64,000 nucleotides of DNA from Eledone cirrhosa. Its lineage: Eukaryota. A program made the translations under genes and the position numbers. This document shows, piece after piece, positions 1 to 15,154 of this stretch. The number at the start of each line of letters is the position of its first letter. The stretch's first letter is position 1. The DNA is taken from assembly GCA_964016885.1 (NCBI GenBank), contig OZ024742.1:278194001-278258000 (forward strand), given 5' to 3'. Below the pieces are notes generated by a model. That model saw nothing but the letters and a program-made list of their open reading frames with translations. It searched no databases and was not told the DNA's origin.

Positions 1-574
<574 letters not shown>

Positions 575-1059
575 CATGTGCATGTGTGCGTGTGTTTGTG
601 TGTGTGGATACTTTTGTAAACATGATTATACAACTATCATCATCATCATTATTATCGTCATCACCACCACTCCCACCACCACTACCACCACTCCCTCCAC
701 CACTACCACCACCATCACCACCACCACCCCCTTCGTCGTCATCATCATCATCACAATTTGCAACTTCGTTATTATTCCTGTAGATTTATTACATTTTATC
801 TTTGTAAAACGGAGAAGCACAGCTGTGTACGCGGTCGGGCTGTAGAGAAAATATCATAAAATATTTACTTACACCATATTACGATCTGATTTCAAATCTC
901 TCGATGATCGACGCTGCCTTTCATCCTTCCAGGCTCGATACATTCAACCACGAATCAATGCAATCGATTTCCCCTTTCCTTCAAATTGTTGACCTATGTT
1001 AGAAATGATTGAAAATGCAAACATTTTTCTATATACAATGGTTAATATATTTGTTTGTA

Positions 1060-1245
1060 GTTTAGGCACAAGGCCAACAATTTGGAAGAAAACGAAAGTC
1101 ACTTAAGTCGACCCTGGTATTTCACTGCTTCTATGTTTTATCAACCCAGAAGGAATAAAGGTAATGTTGACCTCGACAGAATTTGAAATCAGAATCTAAA
1201 GACCCGGAACAAATACCATAAAGCATTTTCGCAGCACTCCACATA
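1060..1245 (-). mobile_element. Degenerate copy of the main tRNA-derived SINE family
   Basis: Reverse-complement matches to family motifs (ggcacaaggcca, ttttatcaaccc, gttgacctcgacagaatttgaa). Confidence 0.6.
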
Positions 1246-1249
1246 AGTC

Positions 1250-1660
1250 GCCGAGTGTCGCAGCAGGCCACCGAGGTAGGAACTGAAATCCGCCAGCATC
1301 TCCGAATACTGCTCCCTCCGAACAGTGGTGCAAATTGCTGGCGCAAACATCTGCTTGGAATCGACTAGCAGGCGCTCGTCTGGGTCCGTCAAAGATCGAA
1401 TTGTGGTTTTGCTATAACGCTGCACCTCTGCCACTAAGGCTCATTGAACAGCGTTCGTTTCCTCTTTTCATAGGGAATGTGCCTTAGCTCTGACAATGTA
1501 GCATTCGTGGTTCGCTTGGAAGAAATGATCTAGTACCATTATCATAGCTATCACGTCGTTTGCAATGCTACTCCTAATTGCCTCATCTAAATTCGCTATT
1601 AACTACTCCTCCTTTCTATTTTCCTATCGTTACTTATTTACTAAATTCTATCGATTCTAA
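1250..1660 (-). pseudogene. Tx1/L1-type LINE ORF2 fragment (endonuclease-RT linker)
   Basis: TTIRSLTDPDERLLVDSKQMF / QQFAPLFGG aligns with STIRSLQDQDGRVIREPKQMCEAFQRHFARLFGG of the element at 18389-18601. Confidence 0.75.
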
Positions 1661-2239
1661 CCTAATCGCTCTCTTGAGAGTATCCCACCAGTTGTTGTTG
1701 ACAACTTCACCTGGAAAGCGAATGAGATCTTGTGGATGTCGTCTGGTTTAACCTGAAGTAGTGCATCTATACATATCCCAGACCAGTTCTCTCTTCGTTT
1801 TCGTTTCATCTTCAGGAGGGTGTTGCTTCCCTCTAGGATGATGTAAGCCAATATCCACCAGGCATTTTTCTGGTGATATTCCGGAAATTTTCATCCTCAC
1901 CATCCTTCTTCCGAGATAAAAATGGTACAAGATATACTTCTCGCTCTGACAGGATCACGGAGTATTTCACGGCCAGAGTTTGCCTGCAAACTACCTGACC
2001 ATGCGATGTGTTGCGCGTCGGGGATTATTTCTTTCAGTGCCCTTCTGCTTCTGCCTGGTTTGTTAACTCCGGCCATTTCGTGTCTGTAGACACACATTTG
2101 TAAGTGACGATCAGCCAACACCTCAGGGGTGGGGGCCCACGCCAGTCCAGGATTTTCCCAATTTTATCAGTTTGGCTGCTTGAGCGAAACATGTGTCCGT
2201 TTCTGCAATGTTCTTACCAAACAGTTTGGTTCTTTTGAT

Positions 2240-2600
2240 CGCTGTTGCTGCAAATGTATTCTTGTTGTTGTTATTATTGTTGTTATTTGTATTGTTGTTG
2301 TCATTTGTGTTATTGTTGTGGTCTGTGTTAGTGTTATTTTTGTTTTTTGTTGCGTTGGTAATGGTAGTGTTAGTTGTGTTTGTTCTGGTTGTGCTTACTG
2401 GTGTTGCAGTAGAGGCAGCGGTGTCCATAGTGGTAGACACTGGAAGTGGTGGAAAATATAATTTAGTCGCGGCTGCTGCACGTGATATTATATTTTGGTT
2501 GCCATTGTTGTTGTTTTTACTGTTACTGTTACTATTGCTGCTGTTGTTGTTATTGTTGTCGTTAATGTTGTTGCTAATGTTGTTACTGCTTCATTATTTT
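2240..2600. repeat. (GTT)-rich low-complexity tract
   Basis: Direct reading. Confidence 0.85.
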
Positions 2601-2860
2601 GTGAATTTTGGCTGTTCCATTCTATGGACAGCTGGCTATTCTGTGTAACGGAAGCACAATTTTTGTCCACCATCTTAATTTCAACAAAAAATTGAGGAGG
2701 CGTTTTCATAAATAAACACAGGTTTAGCCCTAAGGGCTACGGGTAGCGACAAACTAACCAGTTCACAAAGATACTGGTTAGTTTATCTACAAAACAGTAA
2801 TAAATGTTCAATAAGTTGAATAATATACGGAGTCATTTAATATGTTGTATAAGGCACGAA

Positions 2861-3125
2861 GGCGCAGCATGGCTTAGTGGTTAGAGCATTGGGCTTGCAA
2901 TCGAAAGGTTGTGAGTTCAATTCTCGGACCGGGTGATGTGTTGTTTCCTTGAACAAGACACTTTATTTCACTTTGCTCCAGTTTACTCAGGTGTAGAAAT
3001 GAGTACCGGCCTGCCCGCCCAACCAGTGGGATGGCGTTATCTTATGGCTAAAACAGCACGACGTGCTGTGACCAGCGGCGCCGATTGGCGCCCGACAGAC
3101 TGGTCGGTCAAGGTGATCAAGGTGA
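2861..3125 (+). mobile_element. tRNA-derived SINE, family 2
   Basis: A box tggcttagtggttaga, B box gagttcaattctc, central ccttgaacaagacacttt; near-identical body and tail at 45897-46115. Confidence 0.85.
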
Positions 3126-4109
3126 TAGAGCACAAAGGAATGATGATTATAATGATTAAGATTAGAATGATGATGATGAGCATGATGATGACGATAATGA
3201 TGATGATAATAAAATTGGTGATGATTAGGATGACGACAACCACATCGACCACGATGGTGTTGAGAATAATAATAAAAATACATATTCTTAACATTTCAAC
3301 CTACCAACCCCTAAAAACTTCAGAGTTGTACTTGCCTAGCAAGTGACTGGAACAAACAATTCATTGCACAGTTTGCGACCTGTTCACTGACGGGGATTTT
3401 GAGACCAAGAAATAAATTATTAATACAAAGTAAAGTTAATAGTTGTGCGTGTTTTAAAATATCTGAAATTTCTCTGCCACACTGTAATTGTTGATGAACA
3501 TATTGGATAGTGTACAGTTAATTATAAAAGAAACGGTGGAGCATGGAAACCTTAAAGAGAAGAAACATTTTAAAAGACATTTAATTAGAAACTAGAAAGA
3601 ATACAGAGAAATTATGATATTAGAATAAAAAGAAAGACCTCCAGTATCTAGGAATAAATCACTAGGACAGGGCATAACATTCTTGAATAAAATATGAAAC
3701 ATAAGACCAGAATATTTCTAATTAGATTGATATAACATTGAAGACAGACTAAATGCCAGGCCTTTCAACCCTTCCCGCCCGGCAGGGAGATTTACAATAG
3801 CCTTTGGGTGAGGTGAGAGATGTCTTCTCATGTGAAAATGGGTATCGCTTTCATAATGTAAAATCTCTCCTTTTGCCACATTTCTCCTCATTTTGGGGCA
3901 CTATTTTTCATGGCAACACTCCGTTTGGGTCTTTAGAGAACTGCAAGTGTGTGGTAGGTAATAGAGTCCAAGATGCTTCCGAAGAGTCCTGTCTACCCTG
4001 TTTCGCCCAGATGCTACCTAATGAGAGGAAATCTAATAGTGAAAAATAAAATAAATTAAAAACGTGTTACATTGTGATCATTTCAGCGAGGCGGCAAAAA
4101 GAGGGAATT

Positions 4110-4350
4110 TTCTTTGAACTATTACAAGATCTTCAGGGCTTGCCAAGACAGTCCTGCAGGGAACAGTACAAGGAGGGAGGAAGAGAAGCAGGCAGAAAAA
4201 GAGATGGGAGAACAACATCCCGGAATAGGCAGACATGAAGCTCGGTTCAATCATGAGGAAGGCGGAGAGGTGAGAGAAATAGAAGGAGCTGGTTACCAGC
4301 TTGTCTTAGGCGCCCCAACGGTCCACTATTTTATGGGACAGATGAGAGAT
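4110..4350 (+). pseudogene. RTE-type LINE 3' end fragment
   Basis: Translates to KTVLQGTVQGGRKRSRQKKRWENNI, typical of the RTE ORF C-terminus. Confidence 0.7.
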
Positions 4351-4637
4351 TAAAATGGTTAATTAGCGATATCACTAATACAGCGTGATTCAGAATAAAG
4401 GCCTATATGAGACTTTATTCAATACGTTTATGTATATAATCAACAGACTAAATGTATGTATATTATCACAAGGGTACTTTTCAGGTTCATTCTAATATGT
4501 GTTTACGCATTTCAATTTGGTTTGGCAATGTGATAATAACTGTTTTTGCTTTTATTGCTGAGGAAGAAAGCTACACATCATCATCATTATCATCAGCTCA
4601 TTGTTGTTATTTTTATTGTTGACTTTATTGTAGTTGT

Positions 4638-4896
4638 CTTCTTCTTCTTCTTCTTCTTCTTCTTCTTCTTCTTCTTCTTCTTCTTCTTCTTCTTCTTCTT
4701 CTTCTTCTTCTCCTCCTCCTCCTCCTCCTCCTCCTCCTCCTCCTCCTCCTCCTCCATTCCGACCACAACTACTTTAATGGTGTCTGTAGACATAACACTA
4801 TATATGTCTTGAGGTTATTGGCAAAGTTTCATAATATCCCCCACACACATATATATATATATATATATACATATACAAAAATGTACATAGATATAG

Positions 4897-4968
<72 letters not shown>

Positions 4969-5147
4969 ATATACATATATATACATACATGCATGCACGC
5001 ACACACACGCACGCATACATACACACATATACATACACGCACATACGCACACATACATATATATGTATGTGTGTGTATGTATGTGTATGCGTATGTATGT
5101 GTGTGCATATGTGTGTATGTGTGTATGTGTGTATGTGTGTGTGTGTG
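4638..5147. repeat. (CTT)n(CCT)n followed by a (TA)/(CA)/(TG) microsatellite cluster
   Basis: Direct reading. Confidence 0.93.
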
Positions 5148-5365
5148 TTTTTATCCGTATTTGTATTCACACCTGGTCCGCTGAAATACCAGTGCTGTAT
5201 ATTTTCATTCTGTCACCTAGCAGTTCGACAAATTGAAACCTATGATATAAATATCAGACGTTAAAATAAAAATAGGAACTGAAGTCGATATGACCAACGA
5301 AACTGAACATTGTCCCCTACAGTCCAATTACTAAAACCAGTAAACGATTAAAAGAATACATTATT

Positions 5366-5545
5366 TTGGCAGTATCGGTAGAGGGTCAGACGCCATGCTT
5401 TCTAGCATAGTTATGTCCCTTCATGATCTGAGTTCAAATCCCGCCGAGGTTAACTTTGCCTTTCATCCTTACGGGGTCGATAAAATAAAGTACCAGTAAT
5501 GTACTGGATAATTACTGGCCTTGTGCCAAAAAGTAGAAACATTAT
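5366..5545 (+). mobile_element. Main tRNA-derived SINE
   Basis: A box tggcagtatcggtaga, B box gagttcaaatccc, conserved body gaggttaactttgcctttcatccttacggggtcgataaaataaagtaccagt; many copies in the window. Confidence 0.92.
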
Positions 5546-5682
5546 TTTCACTTCAATCGATAATGTTATCAAATTTTAACTATTTATCATTCAAGAATGA
5601 CTCAATAGTTTGAACATTATTCTATTTGAGAAATTTATTGCCCTCAACTACAAGTACTTTCTCTTATTACATATTTTTCTTT

Positions 5683-5795
5683 TCTTCTTCTTCTTCTTCT
5701 TCTTCTTCTTCTTCTTCTTCTTCTTCTTCTTCTTCTTCTTCTTCTTCTTCTTCTTCTTCTTCTTCTTCTTCTTCTTCTTCTTCATCATCATCATC
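5683..5795. repeat. (TTC)n microsatellite
   Basis: Direct reading. Confidence 0.95.
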
Positions 5796-7365
5796 TCAAC
5801 CACCATCCCACCACCAACACGACCTTACGTTTTTCTTTACTTCCATTTTTCTTTAGTTCTTTATTTATTTATGTCTTGCAATACTACGACAGATTTAAAG
5901 TTTGCTTTAGATGTTAAAAGGACTATAAATTAAATTCGAATGAAAGAAACAGCCGACAGATATGGCTAGCAGATTCAGTCATATTACAGACGTAGTTGAC
6001 ACGGAATTCGATTAGTCCTGCTTAATTTCATGCTTTTACGATTTAATGCTGCAGTTCTTTATAATAATAAACATAAACACTGATGAATATATATAATCCA
6101 AGATAGTTCACACATTTCATTGAAAAAGTCTGTTGTTTAATTTGATTGAGATGATTTGTTTGTCTTTTTCCCCTTCTCTGAGGACGCTTATTCTTTTGTA
6201 CAATTGGGATATGATTAGTTGATTAGTTTAAATTTGCTTGCCTTCATTGATAGTATATTTACTTCTGTCGCACATATTGGCTTATTTAATTCATTGTTTA
6301 AGGCAATTAAATCGTTAAGCCGTTCATTAAATAAAATTACATATGACCTACAATACGTAACCTAGTGGTAAGTGTGTTGAACTTTCAGTCATAAGGTCGT
6401 GGGTTCAATTCCTGTACCTGGAGGCGTGATGTTTTATTGAAATTACTATGGAACACAAATGTCTTTATAATCTATCACTCTACAGTGACTCTAGAGATTG
6501 TCTTCATCTATATGGTGTTGTATTGTTATTTAGCACCTAGTCGAAACTCGTTTCGAGTAGGGCGTAACAGTTAAGGCGTTTGTCTTAGTAATTATGGTAC
6601 TGGGCTCGTGATCGTTGTAATTTTTAGCAAAATGCTTTTTTCCTGTTTCTTTTTCTGCAAGTAGTTTCGGCTGGTAGATAATATTAGCAATGGAAAGACC
6701 CACGAACACAATGTTTCCTTGGTCCGATCTCATGATAGGCTCCTTTCCTTTTCCTCCCATTTTCTATGTGAACATGTTACAAGAGAGAACACAGCAGTTG
6801 TCTGTCCTTATAGTGATCGAGAATTAAAATAATTATTTGACTTTATAGGGATCCCAATACATAATTAAGCCAAACACCTTAACTGTTGTTCAGGAGTAGA
6901 TTTAATCCATCAGCCTATTTAACCCAATCAAACATAGTCATTGGAATTTTTTGGCGGAATCGAATCTGTGGCAAACATTCAGAATCGGTTTGCAGTTTAT
7001 GGATAGATTCTTCCCGCCTCTGGCTCTCTAAAAGAACAACAATGCATATAATCAACCTCGTTCCAGCCGTGATCATGCATATTTCGATTTCTGTTCAGAC
7101 AGTGCACCTGTGATAGCCTTTATAGTGTAGTAGGGCACGGTTTGAGGTAGATTTGGTTATCATTTCTAGCAGATTGAATAACTTCGTAAAAGCTCCCGAA
7201 AATTGTTATCATGGGTATATTCTATATCCATGTCTATGTGCCATCGTAACATTCGGCAAGTCTTGGGCATTTAAATGCAGTGGAGATCATCCCACTCCAG
7301 GTCTGAAACAACTGATTTCTGTCTGAGAAAGAGAGAGAGAGATCAAAGGAGGGAGAGAGAGGGAG

Positions 7366-7399
<34 letters not shown>

Positions 7400-8719
7400 G
7401 AGAGAATGAGGGAGAGAGAGAGAGAAAGAGAGAGAGAGGAAAAGTGGAGAAAGAAAAACCAAGAGAAAGAGGGGAATCGGCCCTAGTCCAAGCCTAGTGA
7501 TTTATTTAACGACCTCGATGGACGAAAGACAAAAATTGATTTGGTGGGATTCGAACTCAGATCGCAGAGAACCAGAACACCGTAAATCATTCTATTCGAC
7601 ATTGTATCGACATCGTCACTTCTCTGTTTTACAATCTATATAATAACTACAACACAACAACATCAACAACTACTATTACCAGCACAACCATTACAACCAC
7701 TACATCGATAATCATCATTATCATCACAATCATCTTCAACATCATCATCATCGCCATCACCACTATAACCACCACTACCATCATCATTACACAATCAACA
7801 ACAACAAAGATTACCATATAAGGCAATGCCATCTACCACGACAACATCCAGAGAGAGAATGACAAGAAACGTAATCACGTCAGACAGTCAAGTTTTATGT
7901 AGGTTTCTTGGTTCAGACGCAATAACATTTATTCCCTCCCCTTACATCCCCATCCGTCTATCATCTGCTCATGCCACCACCACCATCGCAATAACAACAT
8001 TTATTCTTTCCTTTCCCTTACATCAACTAAATCCCCAGCTCTTTCCTCCTTACAACCTCACCCACCCCACCACCATCATGATCATCATCGTAATAACAAC
8101 ATTCACTCACTCTTCCCTTACCCTTTCCACCACAGTCAATACACGAGGCTCTGTCCGAGACTCAATTAGTGGTTGCTTAGTTCGTTCTACTAAATTATCG
8201 ATTTTATTATTATTATTATTTTTTTTTTTTTTTTTTTCCAATTTAACGTTAGTTCAATACCTGAGTGATCGATGTAAATTTGGCAACAAAACAAAAATCC
8301 TTTGTCCGTTTTCTGTTTTTATTTTATTTAATTTTATTTTAAATTAATTTTGTTTTTTTATAAAATATATGAAATAATTTTTTTTTTAAATGTGTGGCAC
8401 CATCAATTTCTTTTTTACACCAATTAACAATTATATATAAATAGTTCAGGATTTAGCACGATTGAATCGCTAAGATGTTATCGTTACAATTATAAGGTCT
8501 CAGTAATGATATAGCCACGTTAGAATGTACACTTTGTAATCACGAAATCTCTAGTTCGATCCGTCTATGTTGCATCATTAACAAGTGTCGGTATTTTTAT
8601 ATAAAATATATTCTGTAAAATTTACAGCAGAAGCGCCAACCTGAAAAAGCCCAAACGGGGAGTAACATGAAAAAAGTGGCCCAAAACGGGGCGAAATGAT
8701 GCAAAATAGGGAGATTTTA

Positions 8720-8939
8720 AATAATGGTTTCTTATATAGGCACAAGGCCAGCAATTTTTTGCGGGAAGGGTAAAGTCGATTAAATCGACCCCAGTGCGTA
8801 ACTGGTACTTTATTTTATCGACCCCGTAAGGATGAAAGGCAAAGTCAACCTCGGCGGAATTTGAACTCAGATCGTAAAGGGACGTAACTATGCTGGAAAG
8901 CATGGTGTCAGACCCTCTACCGATACTGCCAATCCACCA
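8720..8939 (-). mobile_element. Main SINE, full length
   Basis: Reverse complement of the family consensus, including A and B boxes. Confidence 0.92.
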
Positions 8940-10879
8940 TAAAAGCTATATACATTTTCACAAGAGATGACATCTCTTACCTACCCCAAATTAGGAGTGA
9001 GATCTCGTCGGACGGGGAGAGTTGGGAGGACTGTTACAGCAATATCAACATCAACATGTTATTTACGTCAATAAGCAACACATGACTACATTAAAGTTCA
9101 GCATGGTTGGATAGTTAAAACATTAGCTTCACAGTTATTAGGCCCCAGCTATTGGATCCCTCTCCGTGGAAACTTGAATAACGTTTTCATAAAATATATG
9201 AAATATTTTGTTTTTATAAAATCGACAATTAGCAGTTATTTACGAACACCCTAACTCTTTTGATACCAATCTATCTCCAAGCCACGTCTGGTTCCATGAA
9301 ACAAAATCATCCATTTTAAAAGGTTTCTATTTAAATTAAAACCTTCCAACATAATTTTACTTCCATTAAGTTGTATTACAAATGCCCTCTTAATAATGAA
9401 ATCATTAATTTTAGTAAAACCCTCCAAATTCTCCAATAACAAATTTAAATAAAATGTATTTCCTTAAAAATGTAATAAGGAAAGGGTTAAGATGCAGTAT
9501 GGGTGAATAGTTAAGAGATATTATTATTACTTTTATTTTAAAATTTACAATTGTTTTATTACGATTATAAATTGGTAAAACATACAGAAAAAGAAAGATG
9601 TATTGGAAAGAACTATAAATGTCATAAAGGAGAGAAAAGGGAGGGAAACAGCAAGGACTATTAGACAAAGGAAGAAAGAAATGTGAGGCATAATCAGGAT
9701 TTAATTTAACAAATACGTTTGAGTGGTTAAGAAATACATTTGTCTCCTGTTTGATATCTGTAGGTGTCACCTGGAAGAAATGTAAACACCACTACCCAAA
9801 TAGTATATATAATTTTGCAAATAGTTTGGCACCACCAAAATTTTATTGACACCAATTAATAAATATTTATGAATGAATCAATAGGCCACGGTTTAAATAC
9901 CATCGCGTGGCATATTGGGCAAATTTCATTCACCACAGGTTGACCTATACCTTGTGAGTGATATTGGGTTGACAGAATCTGTTTGGAAGCCTGTCGGATG
10001 AATAGTAACTGTAATTAAAATGGCCATTCAGGTTACACCCTGTGTCTCGCTGAATGTCCCAAGCAATTATGCTAATGGTACTTACATCTGGGGAATGCTC
10101 AGCCACTTACTCATTAATTTCTTAAGCAGACAGTTCCATTGATCGAACAGCTGGAAGCCTCATCGTCGAAATCGAACAGCTGGAAGACTCATCGTCGGAA
10201 TCGAACGAAGCTCAATTTCATTTCATTTGTAAACACATCAGTTTGCAGTATGACTGAATGGTTAATGCAGATGCTTTGTAATCACGAACTCTCAAGTTGA
10301 ATCCCTCTATGTGTCATCTTTAACAAATGTCATGTTTTTTCTACGTCAATTAACAATTATTTACGAATAAGTTAAATCGCAGCAAGGTCGAAAGATTAAG
10401 ATGTCCCCTTCACCATTAGTAGGTCTTAGGTTCGACCCTCCTAAGATTGAAGGGGTGGGATTTGAGGGTGATTTTGATGTTATTTCTAGCTCGTAACTGA
10501 GTATAAATTTAACGATTCGACAAGCGGAGATATGATAAAATGGATAATAAAAAGGTAAATATGAATGACTTAAAACAATAATAGTGCACCAGCATGGCCG
10601 TAGTTAAATGACTGAAAACAATACGAAATAAAATAATAAAATAATTAAGAATCCGGACAACATGACGAAACAAATTGGAATTACTGTCAATGAGTAATTT
10701 GTAAGATTCTACCAACTGGAGACGGCTAATAGAAAATTAGATTAGAGTGTCACATATAACAAATTGAAAATACTATGGAACCCAATTATGTCCTTATAAT
10801 CTATCAGTCTACAGAGGCTCTAGCATTAATCATCGCCTACCTATTGTTGTGGTGTTTAGCCCCAGGTCAAGTTTGATCG

Positions 10880-11065
10880 AGTGGACCATAATCACTAAGC
10901 TGCGTGGCTTAATGACTATGGTAATAGGCTCGCAGCCGTAAGGTCATTAATCAGATTCCCGAACCGGGTGATGAGTTCTTGTCTTGAGTAAGAAAATATA
11001 TTTCACGTTTCTTCAGTCCACCCAGCTAGACAAGACCAGTTGCAATATCACTGATGTCAAATTGT
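10880..11065 (+). mobile_element. SINE family 2, degenerate
   Basis: Similar to 2861-3010 (gtggcttaatg, gaaccgggtgatg, tttcacgttt, cagtccacccagct). Confidence 0.6.
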
Positions 11066-11504
11066 ATTGACCTTCACTTTTCTCTTGTACATCATATATC
11101 GTGTATTTAATGTATGTACAATGTATCTATGAGTTGAGAGGATACTGGTACCAAGGTTTATCGGCCTTTGAGTTCCGTTTGGACAACATTGGAGGCGCAG
11201 AAAGGGGAAACGTCCATTATAAACTTGCATTATAACGCCCCCCCCCCTCACACACACACACAGAAACAAAAAGAAAATAGCCCTTACTCAGGCTTTTGTG
11301 TCTCGGAGAGGCAATTCCCGGGTGGAATCTTATGATCAGTTATAACCAAAGGGAGCTTTTAATAAAACTTTGATAATAGGGTTTCAAGACACCAACATCC
11401 TTTTGTTTTGATACTGTTTAGTATATTAGAGACTACATAGTCCAATGTAGTGTTTCTGAGAAGAGATAGGTAGGCCTCGATTGGAAGGAGATCTGTAAAG
11501 ATTG

Positions 11505-11552
<48 letters not shown>

Positions 11553-11884
11553 ACTCTAGATCAAATCTAATTGAGTAGACTCTTAGTCAAATGCTTCCCG
11601 GGTGTCACCATCCTGGCTTTGTCTTAGTATATCAGGCAATACAATATCCCTGATTATACTTATCAAAGCAGAGAATGGAGTAGACATCCGTGAGGTGGGA
11701 TTAGAACTCCGAATATAAGACTAGGGAGAACATAATGCACGAATACAATGCCAACAGACACGAATATATATTTAAAAGGAAATATCATTCTCCACAGCTA
11801 TCCCTCGATATATACAGTATATATATATACACTGTATACATATATATATATATATACACATATATATATAGAGAGAGAGAAAGA

Positions 11885-11953
<69 letters not shown>

Positions 11954-11959
11954 CACTCA

Positions 11960-12003
<44 letters not shown>

Positions 12004-12228
12004 CACTCATATATATATATATAATAGGGGACAGTTATTCTGTGGAACGTTCGATTCGGCGTTGTGGGCGAATTGTTTAGTGTGTTTTGCCAGAAAACTC
12101 TCTTCTTTAAGATTTGCCAATTTTGTACTCTCTCCTTCCCCTTCTCCGCGTCACCTCTTTATACAACCAGTAACCCATCTAAAATATTTTCTCTATCTCT
12201 TATTCTTCCCTCTCCTCCTCCTCCTCCC

Positions 12229-12264
<36 letters not shown>

Positions 12265-13266
12265 TGTATGTAAATAAGTATGTGTGTCTATGTGTAAGAG
12301 AGAGCGTGTGCATGTGTGACTGAGTGAATATAGAGTGAGAGAGAGACGTCGCTATACATTTATCCAATTCATCAACGCGCTGTGTTTTTGGCATTGGATA
12401 TTTTATGACCGTTCTTTGTTACGTTCCAGATGAAAGGAAGCTTCTGGATAGATTCTGGAAATATAGAGATAGATATCATTAATAAAACATAAGTTCTACG
12501 AATATACATTAAGACACTCGTCCCTTAAGCTCTCAGGATTTAGTTTGATGTAGGTGTAGTGCGTTTGTAAAGATATGTTCACACACACATATATATGTTT
12601 ATATATATATATATATAAACGTTTATATACATATATATGTGTTATATAATATATATATATATATATATATACTTACGTACATGATGGCTGCCCCCTCGTT
12701 ATCGAGTATGGCCATTGCACGATATAGCATTATTAATAATTATTAATGAATTCTATCGACAGTAGCTATAACCCGAAAAGAAGAAAAGATCAACATCATC
12801 GGTAACTACTGAGCCGCAGGTTTTATATCGGAGTTATCCCAGTTTCCTGAGTTGCCTTCTCCTATAAGAATACCCTGAAAAAGGCTAGGGGTCCTTCCCT
12901 CGCAGTGGTTTAACCGCGCTGTACATGTGTATATATACATATTTACACACTTTTGGATGGCAGTTGACTCTTATGAGTTCTTCCGCCCTTTGTCAAGTTT
13001 TGTTTTTTGTCCCGCAGGGTGTCCAAAATCACCCTCTTCACCAAGTAAACTTGGTGGCGTTGCCGGTCTAGTCGCCGACGACCCGACCATGCGACAGGTT
13101 GTACTGGATTTCATGTTACCAGTAGCACTCAAGAGTGACCCGACATACCTACATACATACATACATACGTACATACATACGTACATACATATATAAACAA
13201 ACATACTCACGCACAAATATACACACACCTGCGCTTTGTTTCATTTATCAACTATATATATATTAG

Positions 13267-13308
<42 letters not shown>

Positions 13309-13375
13309 AAGGTTTAGTGAATAATGAAAAAGTTTCAAAATAAATTTTAAAAAATTGACTTTACCTACTATAGTT

Positions 13376-13459
13376 ACCTTTACCGATCGGTTTCGAATCC
13401 CAAAAATAAAACGGAGACCATACGGCCTTCGTTGCAAAGAGAGATTCTCGTCAGAAGGT
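13376..13459 (-). ncRNA. Type I hammerhead ribozyme
   Basis: ACCUU-CUGACGA-GAAUCUC...GGGAUUC-GAAA-CCGAUCGG-UA^-AAGGU: stems I and II pair, palindromic stem III ACCGAUCGGU, GUA cleavage triplet. Confidence 0.92.
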
Positions 13460-13858
13460 TCTTTTCATTCAAAGAATATAAAATTCCTGAATTTAAATCA
13501 CAAACTAGCGCTATCAAAGACTGTTCCTGGGATGAGAGTGGATGATGTAGAACAGGTTTATCAAGCGCCGTAGTAAAGATAGAGGCAGAAGGAGGTAGGT
13601 CAAACTAGCCACCGCTGTTGTCAGCAGCAGTCGGAATGACCCGGTTTGATCTCAACGTTTGTGGAGGTAGTAGTAATATGAAATACGTCCCTTCACGCAC
13701 AAGGCGCCAAGGTACGCATGTATTGTCCAACCAAGTGCCAGTGTGGTTCAATGGCGGGTTAATAAATTAACGAGCCAGAACAAATATAAACAAGGTTTAG
13801 TAAATAATGAAAAAGTTTCAAAATAAATTTTAAAAAATTGACTTTACCTACTATAGTT

Positions 13859-13942
13859 ACCTTTACCGATCGGTTTCGAATCCCAAAAATAAAACGGAGA
13901 CCATACGGCCTTCGTTGCAAAGAGAGATTCTCGTCAGAAGGT
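13859..13942 (-). ncRNA. Type I hammerhead ribozyme (second tandem copy)
   Basis: Identical to 13376-13459, 483 bp away. Confidence 0.92.
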
Positions 13943-14235
13943 TCTTTTCATTCAAAGAATATAAAATTCCTGAATTTAAATCACAAACTAGCGCTATCAA
14001 AGACTGTTCCTGGGATGAGAGTGGATGATGTAGAACAGGATTCGAAACCGATCGGTAAAGGTAACTATAGTAGGTAGAGTCAATTTTTTAAAATTTATTT
14101 TGAAACTTTTTCATTATTTACTAAACCTTGTTTATATTTGTTCTGGCTCGTTAATTTATTAACCCGCCATTGAACCACACTGGCACTTGGTTGGACAATA
14201 CATGCGTACCTTGGCGCCTTGTGCGTGAAGGGACG

Positions 14236-14336
<101 letters not shown>

Positions 14337-14814
14337 GCCTAGAGCTGGTCGCCCGAGAAACATTTGTAATATGTCCAATAAATTCCTTTCGCCGCAACAC
14401 TGATTTTCTTTTTTCTGTGATATATATATATATATATATATAAATATATATTTATATTATAGTTAAAACAGAAAACAAAAAAACAAAACAAAGAGAAGAG
14501 GCAGTACAAAGTGTTAGTATTAGGTTCACGTTTGAGAGTGGGGGGTATGCGTGTTTGTGTGTGTGTGATGACAGGTGGTATCCTATATATACGAAACGCA
14601 AGTGTTGAGTAATTGAAGATCAGTTTCTCAATATCTTTTCCTATATTGACACTTGTGACCATCAGGCAAGGGTTTAGGTTAGTATTTTAGATGTCAGCAG
14701 CATACAGATAATCTGACAATACCTAAATTACATTTCAGTTTATTAAAACATGCACGACATGTAAATTTCGTTCCTATTATATTTAGTTTTATTAACATTG
14801 ATGTAATTTTGTTT

Positions 14815-14930
14815 AGGTGGCGAATTGGCAGAGTCGTTAGAACGTGGGATGGAATGCTTTATGGCATTCGTTCCGGTTTTCTGCTCCCTGAGTTCAAATC
14901 CTGCCGAGGTTTAACTTTCATCTTTTAGAG
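14815..14930 (+). mobile_element. Main SINE, partial and diverged
   Basis: tggcagagtcgttaga...gagttcaaatcctgccgaggtttaacttt. Confidence 0.75.
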
Positions 14931-15108
14931 TTTAATTAAAAACGCACTGGAAGAAATCTGTTGTACTCAGGACTGGAGAGGGATGGGCTCAGCCAGGCTT
15001 AAAATACACAAGAAACGCTGTACGTCAATACGGTGGCCCTACAACTCTATCAGGAGTCACAGGACCATACCATACCAACATTTTGTTTGAGACACGCACA
15101 GCACACAC

Positions 15109-15154
<46 letters not shown>

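Noticed and set aside
1657-2160. GC-richer coding-like stretch next to the Tx1 fragment, possibly ORF1
   Set aside because: No motif I can identify; left uncalled
2861-2932. tRNA-like sequence (also at about 6355-6425 and at other SINE heads)
   Set aside because: Incomplete cloverleaf and continuous with a SINE body; not a tRNA gene
6530-6760. ORF with NIIYQ, reminiscent of a GIY-YIG start
   Set aside because: Rest of the motif absent
12685-13143. Two GC-richer islands between microsatellites
   Set aside because: Probably repeat fragments (LINE 5' UTR or SINE), but the family is not identifiable and no HHR core was found
13355-14077. Duplicated 72/79-aa ORF (MTLPTIV...)
   Set aside because: TTG start, antisense to the ribozyme, no recognisable domain; a by-product of the repeat
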